A stretch of 64,000 bases of DNA from the human T2T-CHM13v2.0 reference genome, Homo sapiens, in NCBI RefSeq assembly GCF_009914755.1, contig NC_060926.1. One strand, given 5' to 3'. Shown one piece after another: positions 43,641 through 56,860 of the stretch. Numbering within the stretch: position 1 is the stretch's first letter; every line of letters begins with the position of its first letter. The notes beneath the pieces are model-generated. The model was not told the origin of the DNA. It saw nothing but the letters and a program-made list of their open reading frames with translations, and did not search any database. The translations under genes were made by a program, and so were the position numbers.

Positions 43641-43959
43641 GGCTGTTATCCTTAGCTGCTACACTTTCCTCACCCTGAACATTTAATATTTGATTATATC
43701 ACCATAATATGTGCCAGATCTTCCAAAGTCTTTCTGCTTCCATTTTGCTTGCTAATTTTGTGGTTGATGGTTTTATCATTTTAAGGATTTACCATAATTT
43801 ACTTAACCAATTCCTATTTTTAGACATTTCAGTTATTTCCAGACTTCTGTTCTTACAGACAATGCTATTGTATGTATTTGTAAACAAGGGCTAACATATC
43901 TGTAAATTATATCAGTTAAAGCTGAAATGATAATTTAAAGTTTTATTAAGTCTTTTTAT

Positions 43960-44285
43960 ATTTTGTTTTTTGTAATTCTTAAAGCAACAAACATTTACTA
44001 TCTCATTTTCTGAAAGTCAAGAATTTTGCAATGTCTCTAGTTCAGGAACTCACATGAGGTTGCTGTCAAGATATCAGCCAGAGCTATAGTCATTTGCTGG
44101 CTTGGCTGGGACTGGATGATCAGCTTCCAGGACAATTTGCTCATATGGTTATAGATACGAGGTCACAGTTCCTCCCATGATCATATACCAAGTGAACTGA
44201 TTCACTATTATCAACTGTATTTTCTGGTACAAACAATCCATGAGAGCAAGACAGAAACTGCAATGTTTTTTATGACACATGGACA
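43960..44285 (-). mobile_element. Old MLT1 LTR fragment
   Basis: aaagcaacaaacatttactatctca...ctcacatgaggttgctgtcaagat...ggcttggctggg.ctgga. Confidence 0.6.
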
Positions 44286-44289
44286 CATG

Positions 44290-45610
44290 TAGTCACTATC
44301 TCTGGTGCTCTTCATTTTTGTGTGTAAATTTAGATTTTCAGTTGGTTCATTTTTCAACTGCCTAAAGAATGTTTAACTTTTTGTGTGGAGTTAGAGTCTG
44401 TTTGTAATGAATTCTTGAAGCTTTTATATGTCTCAAAAAGGCATTAGTTCCTCCTCATTTTTAAAATATATTTTCACTGAGTATAGAATTCTAGGTTGAT
44501 AGTCATTTATTTTAGTTCTTAAAAGATAGTGCTCCACTATCTTCTGGGTTGCATTGTTTCTGACAAAAAATCTGCTGTTACCCTTATCTTCATTCTTTTG
44601 TACATAATATGCCCTTTTTTGCTGATTGGTTTAATATTTTTTCTCTTGATAACTGGTTTTAAATAATTTGATTTTGGTGTGATTTTCTTCATGTTTCTAA
44701 ATTTTTTGGAGCCACTTAGTTTTATGCATATATTGAATATAATTTTAATAAATTGTAAAACTTTTTTTGCTAAATTTAAAATCTGTATCTGTTCTGTTAG
44801 TTTCAATTGTTTTTTTAATCGTTACTATTGGTTATATTTTCTTGCTTCTTTTCCTGCCTGATAATCTTTGATTGTATGCCAGGCATTCTTACTTTTACCA
44901 TGTTGAATGACAGATATTTTTGTGTTCTTTTTAATCTTGAGCTTTGTTCTGGGATACATTCAATTTACCTAGAAAAATCTGGGTCTCTCAGGCCTTGCTT
45001 ATTTAATTTGTTAGGTGATACTGGAGCAATTCTCAGGCCTGGAGTATTTATTTCTCATGACTAAGGCAATACCCTTCTGTGTGCTCTACCCAGTGCCCTG
45101 TGAGTCATGAGGTTTCATAGTCTAGCTTGTAGAAACTGGCACTATTTGTGACACTGTGTCACATGGGATACTCTTTACTGTAATCCATCCAGGTAGATCT
45201 TGTTCTTGTCTTAGGTAGTCTTAAATGCAGGTACTAAGCATTACTTAGCTAAATATGTGGTGAATGAGACTCTTTGTACATCTCTGGAGGTTTCTCTTTG
45301 AAAAACTTTCTCTTCTCAAGTATTCTTTCCTGGAAACCTAACTGCCTTGCTCTATTCAAAGTTGCAATTCCATATTCTCAACTGAGGGGGCTGAGCTCTG
45401 GCTGGGCTACCCCTGCCTGCACCATGGCCCAAAAAGTCTCAATGCATGAAGATGGCACAATCACACAGTTTACTTAATTTCTCTCCTCACAGTGATCACT
45501 GTCCTTCATTATCTTATACCCATTATCCTCAAAAAGGTGGATTTATATATCTTGTTCACTTATTAGTTGTTTCAGTGATGAGGGTAAATTTGTTTCTTAC
45601 TACATCTTGG
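44290..45610 (-). mobile_element. Old L1M ORF1/5' region
   Basis: Minus ORF 44537-44806 ends MKIRVTADFLSETMQPRR (L1 ORF1p C-terminal motif); tatagaattctaggttga. Confidence 0.75.
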
Positions 45611-46519
45611 ATCACACTAGAGTCCTCTTCATCATTTTTTATCTAAATTTGCCATGTCCTTCTGACTGATTTCTTGCCCTCTATAACAATCTATTGTAAA
45701 CCACTGTACATGAAAGTCACATTTTTAAGATCAAATCTATCACATCACATATAAAATTAAAACATTTAAATGACTGCCATTTCTTTCCAAATGGAATTCA
45801 AATTCTGCACGTCAGTGTTCAGACTGTATCCACTGTCCCAACATCTTCGTATTGAACTTTGTTTCTGAGTCTTACTGAAATAATTTAAATAACAGTATAC
45901 TATGCCCTGAGATACTTCTCTTCCTCTTTAGCTTCTCTTTAACTGGAAGACTCTTACCAATTCTTCTTCAGCTTGTTCTTGTTAAGTTTTTAAGAAGCTT
46001 AAGAATCAATTGGTCAATGAATTCAAAATCAAATCTATTATCTGTTCTTTTGGTCTTCTTGGCATCTTGCATAGTGTTTTGTTCACAATAGATACTTCTT
46101 GAGGCTATAAATATTTAATAATAAGTGATTGATTGAATGAATGAGTGCATGCAATGAGATTTGAGGGGTGCAGTAGCAAAGCACCATTATATTTTAATTA
46201 TGAAATGTATTATGTAAGTTAAGCAAAGAAAATGAATGCAAGCTGTCAATGTCTTAAGAGCCATATTCAATTCCAAGCATATAGCATCCATCACTTCTGT
46301 TTCAGAAAGAAAATAATTAGCAGTACATTCACTTCTTTTAATCAGTGGTTCAACTTTCATGTTTATGTGGCGATTCCTTCTAGAGGGCTGAAAGCAAAAC
46401 TTACTTTTCCAAAAATAAACAGAACATGTGATTTAACTGGCAGTACCTATTTGAAGAAGAGGCAACTGTGTTGATTTCATTCTACAGTTCCAGTGAAAGA
46501 AGAGGAAGTAAGGAAAGAC

Positions 46520-46780
46520 TAAAGCTCTGCTGTGGACTAAGACTGCCTGGGTTCAAATCCTTACTGTACCTCTCCTTCTTCTGGGATCTTGGACACTGCC
46601 TACCTATCTGGCTTTGACCCCTCCTGCACCCCACTTTCTATCTTTGTTTCCAATGATTTTAAATGAAGGATGATATCTGTATCATCTCATAGAATTATTA
46701 AGCTCAGATAAAATAATATTTGCAAAGTACTTAGCACAGTGGTGGTACATTTTAAGCAATCAGTAAACATTATCAGTAAT
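46520..46780 (+). mobile_element. MIR
   Basis: gactgcctgggttcaaatcc...aaagtacttagcacagt. Confidence 0.7.
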
Positions 46781-47917
46781 TATTTTGGAAATCATATGTG
46801 GTGTCAAAGAAGCAGCAATTTGTTATGAGCATCACACAGGTTCACCCTCAGATCTAATAGCTTTAAATTAGCAGTCTAAACTTACCAGTAGACGGAAAAG
46901 TTTAATTTTGTGTAATTTTTTTTAAATTACCTAATTCAGAGCTCTCAGTATAATAACCCACAAGGCACAAAATATACTTTGTGAAAGAAGGAGGGCAGAG
47001 AAAAAATAAAATTGCTAGTAAGTGGCAGCTTAGTACCTATGGGTGATTTATTTCCCCCACAGTCAGTTCTTTTGGCATTCATTTTATAGTTGTAAAAGTT
47101 TCAGTCACTTCCTCCTTAGCATTTTCCTCTAAGAGATCAGATAGAGTGCTCCCTAGCTGTGGTGATCCTAGAATGGGTAAGATGGACCAGGAGAAATCTA
47201 CAACCTCCCTCTGAGAAGTGGTGGGCACAAGGTGAGGAGAAAGAAAACACTTTTGTCAATGTGAATGATAATCCATTGTTTGTAAGGGAAGTTATGCAAC
47301 TGAGGCACAGTACATTTACTGCTCTCTCCAAGTGCTGTTGTCTTCAACTAGATGGGCTCCTTCATGGACATGGGACATGAGTCAGTTCTGAGAGCACAGC
47401 TGCCATCCCTCTCCACTGCCTCTCTCTAATGGTAGATGTCCATCCTACATGGTAGTGCCACTAGCCAGGAAGTATTTTGGGATGATCGGGAGTAACCAAC
47501 AGCTACCCGCAGCTTCTTCCACTATTTAGCCTGGATTTGCAGGATCCCAAGGAATTCCTTCCACATCTGTCACACCACACTTACCAAGAAAAAGATTATT
47601 ATCCCTATGCTTAATTGCTGTGTCTCCCTCCAAGTCCCTCTCCCCATTCTCTACGAGGAGAGAAGAGGAGGCACATGGACTGAAGTTCAGCCTACCTTCG
47701 TTCAGAGGTTGAAATGCAATTGTCTCCTTCTTGCAGATATGCTGGTTGTCAGACCCCAACTTTGAGGAAAACAAATGGATGGTGCCTCTGTTTTTCCCAC
47801 ACCCATCAAGGAGAAGAAAACATTGCTTACTACTCAAAGTTTCTGCTATGCCCTCAAATACTTTCTTTTTCTCTCAAACCTTTTTATATGGACAATGGGA
47901 TACTGGCTGTCATGCCT

Positions 47918-48290
47918 TGATATGGTTTGGCTGTGTCCCCACCCAAAATCTCATCTTGAATTATAATCTCCACATGTCAAGAGCAGGACCAGGTGGAGGT
48001 AATTAGATCATGGGGGGTGGTTTCCCCCATGCTGTTCTCATGATAGTGAGTGAGTCTTACAGGATCTGATGGTTTTATAAGTGTCTGGCATTTTCCCTGC
48101 TTTCACCCACTCTGTCCTGCCACCCTATAAAGAAGGGGCCCGCTTCTCCTTTGCCTTCAGCCATTATTGTAAGTTTCTTGAGGCCTCCCCAACAATGCAG
48201 AACTGTGAGTCAATTAAACAAACCTCTTTCCTTTATAAGTTAAACAGTCTTGGGTATTTTTTCATAGCAACATGAGAATGGACTAATACA
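47918..48290 (+). mobile_element. THE1D/MSTA-type MaLR solo LTR
   Basis: tgatatggtttggctgtgtccccaccc...ggactaataca; perfect TSD tgcct (47913-47917 / 48291-48295). Confidence 0.92.
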
Positions 48291-48999
48291 TGCCTTTTTT
48301 TTCTGTAAATGACTCCACTTGGCAAAACTTGCAGAAGAAATGTGGTGTTTTTCTTCAGTTATGAACTGTTGACAGTACTTTCTATCACCATGTTTCATAC
48401 ATATAAAAATTAAATTGAGGATGTGTTTTGAATCTTCTTTATTTTTAAAAAAACATTTAAGGCATGGCTCTCTTCTCTCAACATTCCATCTAAATTTCAG
48501 GCTTTATTTTTTCTGGATCTTTATCTATTCCATCTTACTCTGAGACATTTGCCAGCTAATCCCACATTTATCAAGACTTGGGTTTTATGATATTCACCTA
48601 GGCAGATTTTAAAACTGCACCCTCCATCTTACAAGAATAAAACCACTGAGGACATGCCATTGTGTGTGTTTTATAATGTAGTCTAGATATAGAAAATTTG
48701 AAGTGATATAAGGAGATTACATAATATAACCATTGGCTCAATATGAAGGGGAGAAGAAAACCTTGTAAATCGAATCTGTTCAAAGAGATAATTGGACATC
48801 TGGTGAGATGAGGCTCTCCTCCTAACAATGTGAAGTCTTAAAATAGGAATGGGTAAGTGCCCAGGCACCCTTTATATAGTAAGGATGGAGAAATGAAATA
48901 GAGATGTGCACTGCACTGGAAGAGAGACGTGACGGTTGTCTCTAACCTACTTGTGCATTAGAGTTAGGAGAGAAAGAGTTTGTATTGCAGCAACAGATT

Positions 49000-50295
49000 C
49001 TGAGGTAGTGGGGTGGTGGTTTTAAATCCAGAAGTTATTTAAGACTCCTTCAAGAGTTGGAGCTTAATTTCCCTCTTCTTGAATGTGGACTACATTGAGT
49101 AATTGGCTTCATTTACTGACTTCATATCAGCATTCAAGTGTTGTTAACTTTATGTAATAGCATTTAGGTTAAGGATTATTACACATCTGGTTGTACAAAG
49201 GATAGATGTATTATGTTGGGTGTAATTATGATCATATTGTTGTCATTATTTGGAGATTGTGTATGATTTCAGGAGATTTGTATGGGTGCCAAGTTGACAA
49301 GGGGTGGACTTGTGATGGTTAACATTAGGTGTCAACTTGGTTGGATTAAAGGATGTCTAGGTAATGGTATTGTTTCTGGTTGTGTCTGTGAGGCTGTTGC
49401 CAGAGGATATTGACATTCCAGTCAGTGGACTGGGAAAGGAAGTCCTACCCTCAGTGTGGGTGGGTGCGTGCTGTCCAAAAGGCTATCAGTAAGTCTAGAA
49501 AAAGCAGGCAGAAGAAGGTGGGATAAGCTGGCTTGCTGAGTTTTCTGGCTTTCATATTTCTCCTGTGCTGGGTGCTTCCTTCCACTCCTCCTGCACTTGG
49601 GCATCAGACTCCAGGTTCTTCTGCCTTTGGACTCTTGGACTTACACCACTGATTTGCAAGGGGCTCTTGGGCCTTTGGCCACAGACTGAAGACTGCACTG
49701 TTGACTTCCCTGCTTTTGAGGCCTTTAGACTCAGACTAAGCCACTACTGGCTTGTTTCTTCCCCAGTTTTCAGACTGCCTATTGTGGGACTTCACCTTGT
49801 AATTGCATGAGCCAATTCTCTCTAATAAACTCCCTTTCACATATACATATACCCTAGTAGTTCTATCCCTCTGGAGAACCCTAACTAACACAACTTCTAA
49901 AGAATAAAATTCATTCAAGGTGATGCTGTGTGACTTGGGTACCAAGCATTGTGGTTTGCTCTTGCTTTCTCTCAGGAATTACTCCTTCTGAAGTAGCCAG
50001 CCATCAAGCAATCTACCAAGAGGACTGTGTGCCGGTGAACTGTGGCTTCCTTTAACAGCCAGGAAGAAAGTGAGGCCTTCAGCCAACAACCATGTTGGGG
50101 AACCATCTTGGAAACTGGTCCTCCAGAACCCCACCTTCAGATGTCTGGAGCCTCATGAGAGGCCAGGAGTAAGAACCACCCACTGACAACTGCTAATTCC
50201 TGACCCTTAGAAGCTGTGTAAGATAATAATCATGTTTTGTTATAAATAGCTAAGTTTTGGTATAATCTGTTATACAGCATACATTGAGTAATTCA
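49000..50295 (+). mobile_element. MLT1E/F-type LTR interrupted by an ERVL fragment
   Basis: ccctcttcttgaatgtggact...gcttc | taaagaataaaa...gtgtgactt...taagttttggtataatctgttatacagca. Confidence 0.7.
49111..49892 (+). mobile_element. ERVL internal 3' end (about 200 bp) plus MLT2B-type 3' LTR (49311-49892)
   Basis: Homologous to the reverse complement of 28511-28708; PPT aagttgacaaggggtggact; LTR tgtgatggtt...aaccctaactaacaca. Confidence 0.9.
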
Positions 50296-53059
50296 AGCTC
50301 CCACATCAAGTGTCTGACTACATAGGGTTTGAGGTGGAACTTAGAATATATATTTAATGTAAGCACCCTTCTGATTTTGATGCAGGAACTCAGTCTTTAG
50401 GTGTCAGAATAGCTGCAAGCTTGTATTAGTTTAAAAGCACCTATGCCTGACGTCAGCTCCATATTTGTAATATTTTGTGAGTAATCATCTCCCTTACTCT
50501 ACCTCCTGATCAAGCACATGGAGCAAGTGGTATTACCTGCTAAGTTTTCTGCTTTTTAAAACAAGTAGGTGGACTTCTCATTATTATAAAAATAGTACAT
50601 ACTCATTGTAAAACATGAAGAATATAAAAACATATTAAGAATGGAAAGCATACTTATAGATTCTCCAAGCCTCTCTACTTTGATACATGCCCTTCATATT
50701 TAGTCACAAATAATCATTGTACTATCGTCATACAGTTTCTCATTAAGTTTTCACTTACCACTGAAACAGTGACTGTCATGCAGTAGAGTTCAATATTTGT
50801 TGAATAACTATTTTGTGATAAATTTACAAATTATTCAACATTTTTTGAAAAACAAATAAATGAATAACATTGCATCGTGTATATGTACTATCATTTATTT
50901 TTAAAGTACTAGATGAAAAGTCATAAACAATACTAAAAGTTTTGATACATTTTGTCATGTTGCTTTTGGGAGAAGTTATGGTATTCTGATTTTGAACATG
51001 ATATTAAATGGCTAAGGTTTCCCAGGAAAAATGTATAGGTTTTGTAACAAAATAAAACAAAGGTGAGAGATGAGAGAAAGTGAGTGGCATGGAATTTATA
51101 GACACAAAATCAAAGCTATACACTTAAATTTGATCCTACTTACCTCAAAATTTGGGGAAACAGAAGCTTCAAGAGAGTAGAAAAGTAAGTAAATTGCAGA
51201 AGAGAAAGAATGATGTACAGAAATGAAAGTGGAGTATATCTCTCCACATATCTACAGACATCTAGCTAAAACTTCTCTAAGTAGTAAGCAGCAAACTTGA
51301 GAAAAGAAAGCCTGGCAGTGAGCTGATCTCTCACAAGAATATTTCTTATTACGGTGTGATTTCAAACAAAGAGATGATGAGGTTAAACCTATGGGCAATT
51401 GTGCTTATTGTTCTGTGGTGGCAGAGTGACCATTATGGAAACTTTAAGGCACAAAATGTTCCTGAGAATATTTGTTTAAAGGGAAACAATGAATAATAAT
51501 CAAAAAGAATGCAGGAGGCATCTTTATGTGGTGCACTAGCAAAATAGCAACCTGAAATATGCCTTGGGTATATTCAACACTGTTTTATTCATAAAGCTAT
51601 TTCACAAGTTCAGGAGCCGTGACCTCAAGCAAAATTTAGCTCATACATGCAATGAAAATCATGAAGGCCTGAGCTTGAGTCAAGTTAATTGAGATACAGG
51701 ACACATCAAGTACTTATGAGTGTGAGGCATTAAGGGGCATGGGAAATCCTGAGCAATGCTGAAACCAAGTTATATTGTTGAAATGGTCCATATCTGTTGG
51801 AGGGTATGTTGAGGAAAAAATGGAATATGCTATGTTTTGAATGTTACTGTTATGACAGTTTCCATATAATAATGATAGTGATAATATTTATATCTGAAAA
51901 TGAAAAAAATTATTCATTAATGGCTCATTTATTGTTCTTGGGTTTTTTTATCCCATGCTTTAATTATTTTGAAGAATACAAATATAGTGAATACAATGAC
52001 TTAAGAGAAGTGTCTGGATAGCTTATATTCAAAAGCCAAAAATTAGTAACTGCGCATGTCTGAATATGTCTAAATGAATTAAAAATCTTGATCATAATGC
52101 ATGCATGAATTTTATTTAGAAAACACAGTAATTTGTATAAAAGTAAACTTAACAAAAAACTCAAATGACAAAATTCCCCTTACGTAAGTTTTTGGTAGCC
52201 AATTAAATTTATTACGGAACCAAGAAGCAAAAATTAAAGTCCCACCTAAATAACAGCTGTCTTTGTAGAAAAGAAAAAGAGGTAATAGATGTTGCCGAAA
52301 AACCTTACACTAGCAATGTTTCATTCAGGCACAAGTCTCTGCTTTCACACTTCAACAAAAAGAATCTGGTCCATGGTTTAAAAGAAATTGAATTCTAAGC
52401 ATTTTCAAGTTTTGATTGAAAGTTAGGAAAAAATTTCTTACTCCCTCTTCATAGGGAGAACTAAAACATTGCCAAGACACAAACAAAATATGTGTAGGTT
52501 GAACAGCTTGATAAAACTATCACATACAATGACCAGCCCCATCTCCCTATCAGTATCCACCCACTGCAGGTAATTCAATGAAGGAGTGAGCTTCTCAATA
52601 ATCCACATCTGTGTGCAGCTAATCCAGGGGTTGGTAACACCCTATGTAAGCTTATGGCTTTGCTTGTTCAACAACAGTAAACTAAAAAAAAGTGATGCAC
52701 CTGGTTTCTATGGCTGTGTTGATGACCAGATTAAACCAACCACCCAGCTAAACTGATCAATAGTGCAGAAAGTGCCCATTAATACAGCTGGAAACAACAT
52801 TCCAAACGAAAAACCGTCACTTCAGAGGCTGCCTGTGACTGCTGAGTCAGTCTACAGTAACATAACTTTCAGAGACTGGATTCTTAGGAGCATGGAAATG
52901 TAACGTGGGGAAATAATAAAGTTTTCATGTATATAGAAGTTCCAGAGACTAATCATCTTTCTCAGATTTTACATTCTTATTTATAAAATGTAATTGGGTT
53001 CTGTGCATGCTTTGGACAGCATAGCAGGCAGAAACTCAGCCAAAGGTAATGTGGGGAGG

Positions 53060-53290
53060 TGAGAAGAATCCAGATTTAGAGTCAGATATTCTGAGCTCCA
53101 AATGAACCTCAACAAGTTTTTTGACTTCTCATTTGTTTTCATCAATAAAATACATACTATAATGCCTTATATAGCCAGTTATCTTGAGAATTATATAAGG
53201 TAATATATGTTTATTAGAATCCAGCACAGAGTCTGGAATATAATAAGTAGTCAATAAATATTTATTAAATAAATGATTCTGGGAATGAAT
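53060..53290 (+). mobile_element. MIR (possibly with an L2-like tail)
   Basis: tttagagtcagatattctgagctccaaat...ttctcatttgttttcatcaataaaat...caataaatattt. Confidence 0.55.
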
Positions 53291-53489
53291 AAATAAATTA
53301 ATGAATGAATTATAAAGGCTACATATGAGTTTCTTCCTTCCTTTCCTTGTCATGGCAATTAAATTCAGCTACAAAACAAACATAACTAAAGAGAAAGTCA
53401 AATGAGAGCCATAATAGGAGCTGTTACTGGTGGAACAGTTGCTAGGAGCCACGCGTTTACACATATTATTTAATAATACTGATAATAGA

Positions 53490-53705
53490 TCATCATACCT
53501 ATAGTGAACCAAGCACTATGCTGAGCGCTTTATGCATGTTAACTAATTTATGATTTTTATAGAAACTTATAAAGCAGATACTATATTTACCTACATGTCT
53601 TGCATGCAGTTGTAATCACCATTCACAAATAAAAAACTGTAACTTTCATAGATTAAGTGACTATGGCCAAAAAAGATCCACGAGTTTCTGATTTCATAGT
53701 TTGTG
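53490..53705 (-). mobile_element. MIR
   Basis: ccaagcactatgctgagcgctttatgcatgttaact...agattaagtgact. Confidence 0.55.
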
Positions 53706-54902
53706 GGTTGCACAAACTGCTTCTCCAAGGGGAGATTTTTTCCAAAAATGATGAGGACAATTGTTAAGGGAGCAAAATTAATTTGTTAATTAAAATAGAA
53801 AAAGTGTAAATCGAGGGCTGAGGAAAAAAAAAAAAGGATGTTTAGCAGATGACAAGTCTTGACAAAAGAATTAAGAGCTGATACTTAACACTGAGACCCT
53901 GCACTCCAGCCTGTTGGGAAAAGGAAGCTGAATTGTGCCTCGTTTGAGTGCTCCACTAGGTTACAACGTAAAAGCATCAACCCTGTGTATTGAGAAAAAA
54001 ACTTGGGATGATACTCAAGGCTGAACTGAACTGCATTCATCAATAATAGTTTCCAAAAACATTTACATTAGCATTCTAATTACTATGCATATGTTCTAGA
54101 GAAACAGGAAATTATTTGTTTGCAAATGACTTTAAATCTAGGACTAATTAAGATGTAAAAACTGAGGTCTGTCTTATTTTCAATGTGTGTCAAAATATTG
54201 AGTTAACCAATCAATGCTCCATGTTCTGGAATTTTATTATAAGTATGACGCATCTAGCTAAAAAAAATTCTTTATGAGAAAAGATGTTATGAAATTATGA
54301 AATTCACATATAGATACCCAACATCAGCTGTATCCTGCTTTAGGTTATCACTTCACTGGTATTGAAAAATCTATTAAATTCATGACTTACATTATTTGTT
54401 TAGTTTTATACTTATATCCCAAATAATTTTACTAACCTTATTTATTGTGAAGCTTTGCTTATTAGAGTCATATTATTCACTTCTGTCAAAACTGTGTAGT
54501 TTCCTTGTGCTGATTCCTGTCTGTCAAAAAGGGAGCATCCTTTTTTGGAGAGATGCTGAGTGTCCCTGATGTATCCAGTTCATCTCAAATTAGACTTCCA
54601 CATCTCAGGAGATATGAACTCTACGGATGTTTTGAAGCTTTGTCTGCTGGTATCCCCATATCCAGCTTCTTGGAAAGTTTTTCATGACCACCTAGAGCCT
54701 ACAAATTAAAAGTCTAGAAATTAATTCAAATTTTTCCTCTCTTTCTCCTCTTCACCAGTTGCTACCCCACCACTCCACCCGTCTCTGGCAATCTGCAGTT
54801 CTCATTTGTATGGAGATTGAAATCAACATTCTCAAATATGGCCACTGGCATTCACATAGCTCAGGCGAGGACTGTATATGGATGTGCATTTTCCATATGT
54901 CT

Positions 54903-55318
54903 TTTTAAACTAAATCTGGCCTTAGGTTGCTTCCATACTTGAAATTCCTAGTATTGTACTGCAGCTAACTTAGTATGTAAACAAATTACAGCCTAAGAGC
55001 ATATTCCTGCAACAAGTAGCTGAGATTCAGCCGATCGTATCAGCCAAGCTTCAGCCAATCACAGGATGCCAAATGATCAGCATGTATCCAAACAAAGCAA
55101 ATGTCTCTTCATACCATGGAAAATAAGACAAATGTCAGGCTGCAACCAATCAAGTGCTTTCTATAGATGACTTTGTCTGTCTATAAAAACTGTCTACCCA
55201 TGTTGCTGGGTGAAGCTCTCTGAACCACTCCTGGTTCTAAGGGCTGCCCAGTTCATGAATCATCTTTGCTCAAATAATCTCTGCTATATTTAATTTGTCT
55301 AAAGTATTTTATTTAACG
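54903..55318 (+). mobile_element. MER57-family ERV1 solo LTR
   Basis: Repeated cagccaatca boxes, gctgcccagttcatgaatc, end atttaatttgtctaaagt...ttaacg; TSD gtct (54899-54902 / 55319-55322). Confidence 0.8.
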
Positions 55319-56364
55319 GTCTTCATATTTAAATGGTGTAAATCAAGCTAACAGACAGTTAAAACATTTCTAGAATCTTAAGTGGGTAAACAGACCATTA
55401 TTTTAAAAAATTATATTAAAAATCTATGAAGCTATGATTTTATGTGACTAATATTTGGCAAAATATTAGTCAAATAAAAGATAATAGATCCAGATAATAT
55501 TACAAAAAATTAATTTTGTTATCTAAATCATATAGTGCACATCATTTATGTGGTGATTTCCATTATCTCTTAAAGCAGTATCAAGATCAATGTAATCAAT
55601 ATTTCTTAAGTTATCCATATTTCAGAGTTTAGAATGCTGGAAGATTATTTAAAAAAAAAAAAAAAACTAAACTAAAAGTTTGTTCAAAGTCTCTTTTTAA
55701 GCAAGACTGTTACTTCATCTATATGGCCAGAGAGGTGAGAGTGGCTAACAAGGGTAAGCTCAAAAGCCTGGCAAGGTAAAACTTGATGGTTCCTGGTATG
55801 ATCTCCTGCGATGTACGAAGCAGGCTGTTTGTTCATAGGCTTCAACTCCAAGCACTGTAGATACTAGATTAAATTGTATTGTTGCTCAATATTCATCAAA
55901 TGTTCTTTATTTGAATATAATTTATTATAGACTTAATTAAGTATTCCAGAAACTCACTCAGTGTGGTGACATTATTTGTGTGGAACCACACAGACAACCA
56001 TGCCCTTATAAAGGAATATGTGTCCTCATTTTTCATTCAGTGTTGTTTTGGATCCTCATATTTTCCTTAAGCTTTAGCACTAATGTCAGACCGCGGACTC
56101 CAGGCCAACCAGGCACCAGAATAGCATGGCTGTTCCTTACTTGAATGCTTTCAGTAATTTTTCTTTTGTAACATGGACTCTAATTATTTGCCAGTTACCT
56201 GACATGAGTTGTAAGAAGTTTGAGGGCATTGGCTAAAATTCTGACTTGTATATCAACAAAGCCACAGGGCCTAACAAAAGACCTAGTGATTTGTAGACTC
56301 AAAATAAGTGTTGACTAATTACTGCATAATAAAAAAGCTCTTTGACAGAATAAATTTCAAATAT

Positions 56365-56860
56365 TCTTTTTATTTCATTTATTAAAGCTTTGGAAAAATA
56401 CACTTAACATAAAATTACTACCTTAACTATTTTAAGTCCAATGTCATTAAGTGTAAGTACATTCACATTGTTCAGCAATGTGAATTCAACAATGTGAATG
56501 TACTTAATGCCACTGGGCTTAAAATAGTTAAGGTAGTAATTTTACATCATCAAAAAGCCTTTAAATAATTACAAAAGCCTTTACATCATCCACTTCCAGA
56601 ACTCTTGAAAAGAGTTGCAAAAATGGAAACTCTAAACAATGTGCTCACTCGACAATGACTCCTCAGTTCCCCACTTCCCAGCCCCCAGCAATCTCCATTT
56701 TACTTTCTGTCTCTATGATTTTGACTACCTTAAGTGCCTCTTATAACTAGAATCATGCAGCATTTATATTTTTGTGATAGGCTTATTTCATTCATCATAA
56801 TGTTCTCAAGGTCCATTCATGTTATGGGCTATGTAAGAATTTGCTTTCTTTTTAAGGCTT
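56365..56860 (-). mobile_element. L1MA/MB 3' end containing an inverted duplication
   Basis: aacataaaattactaccttaactatttt, ctccattttactttctgtctctatgattttgactac. Confidence 0.85.

Noticed and set aside
51300-52950. Repeat-poor stretch as possible exons
   Set aside because: No convincing splice pair with an open frame or homology; cannot be supported without transcript data.
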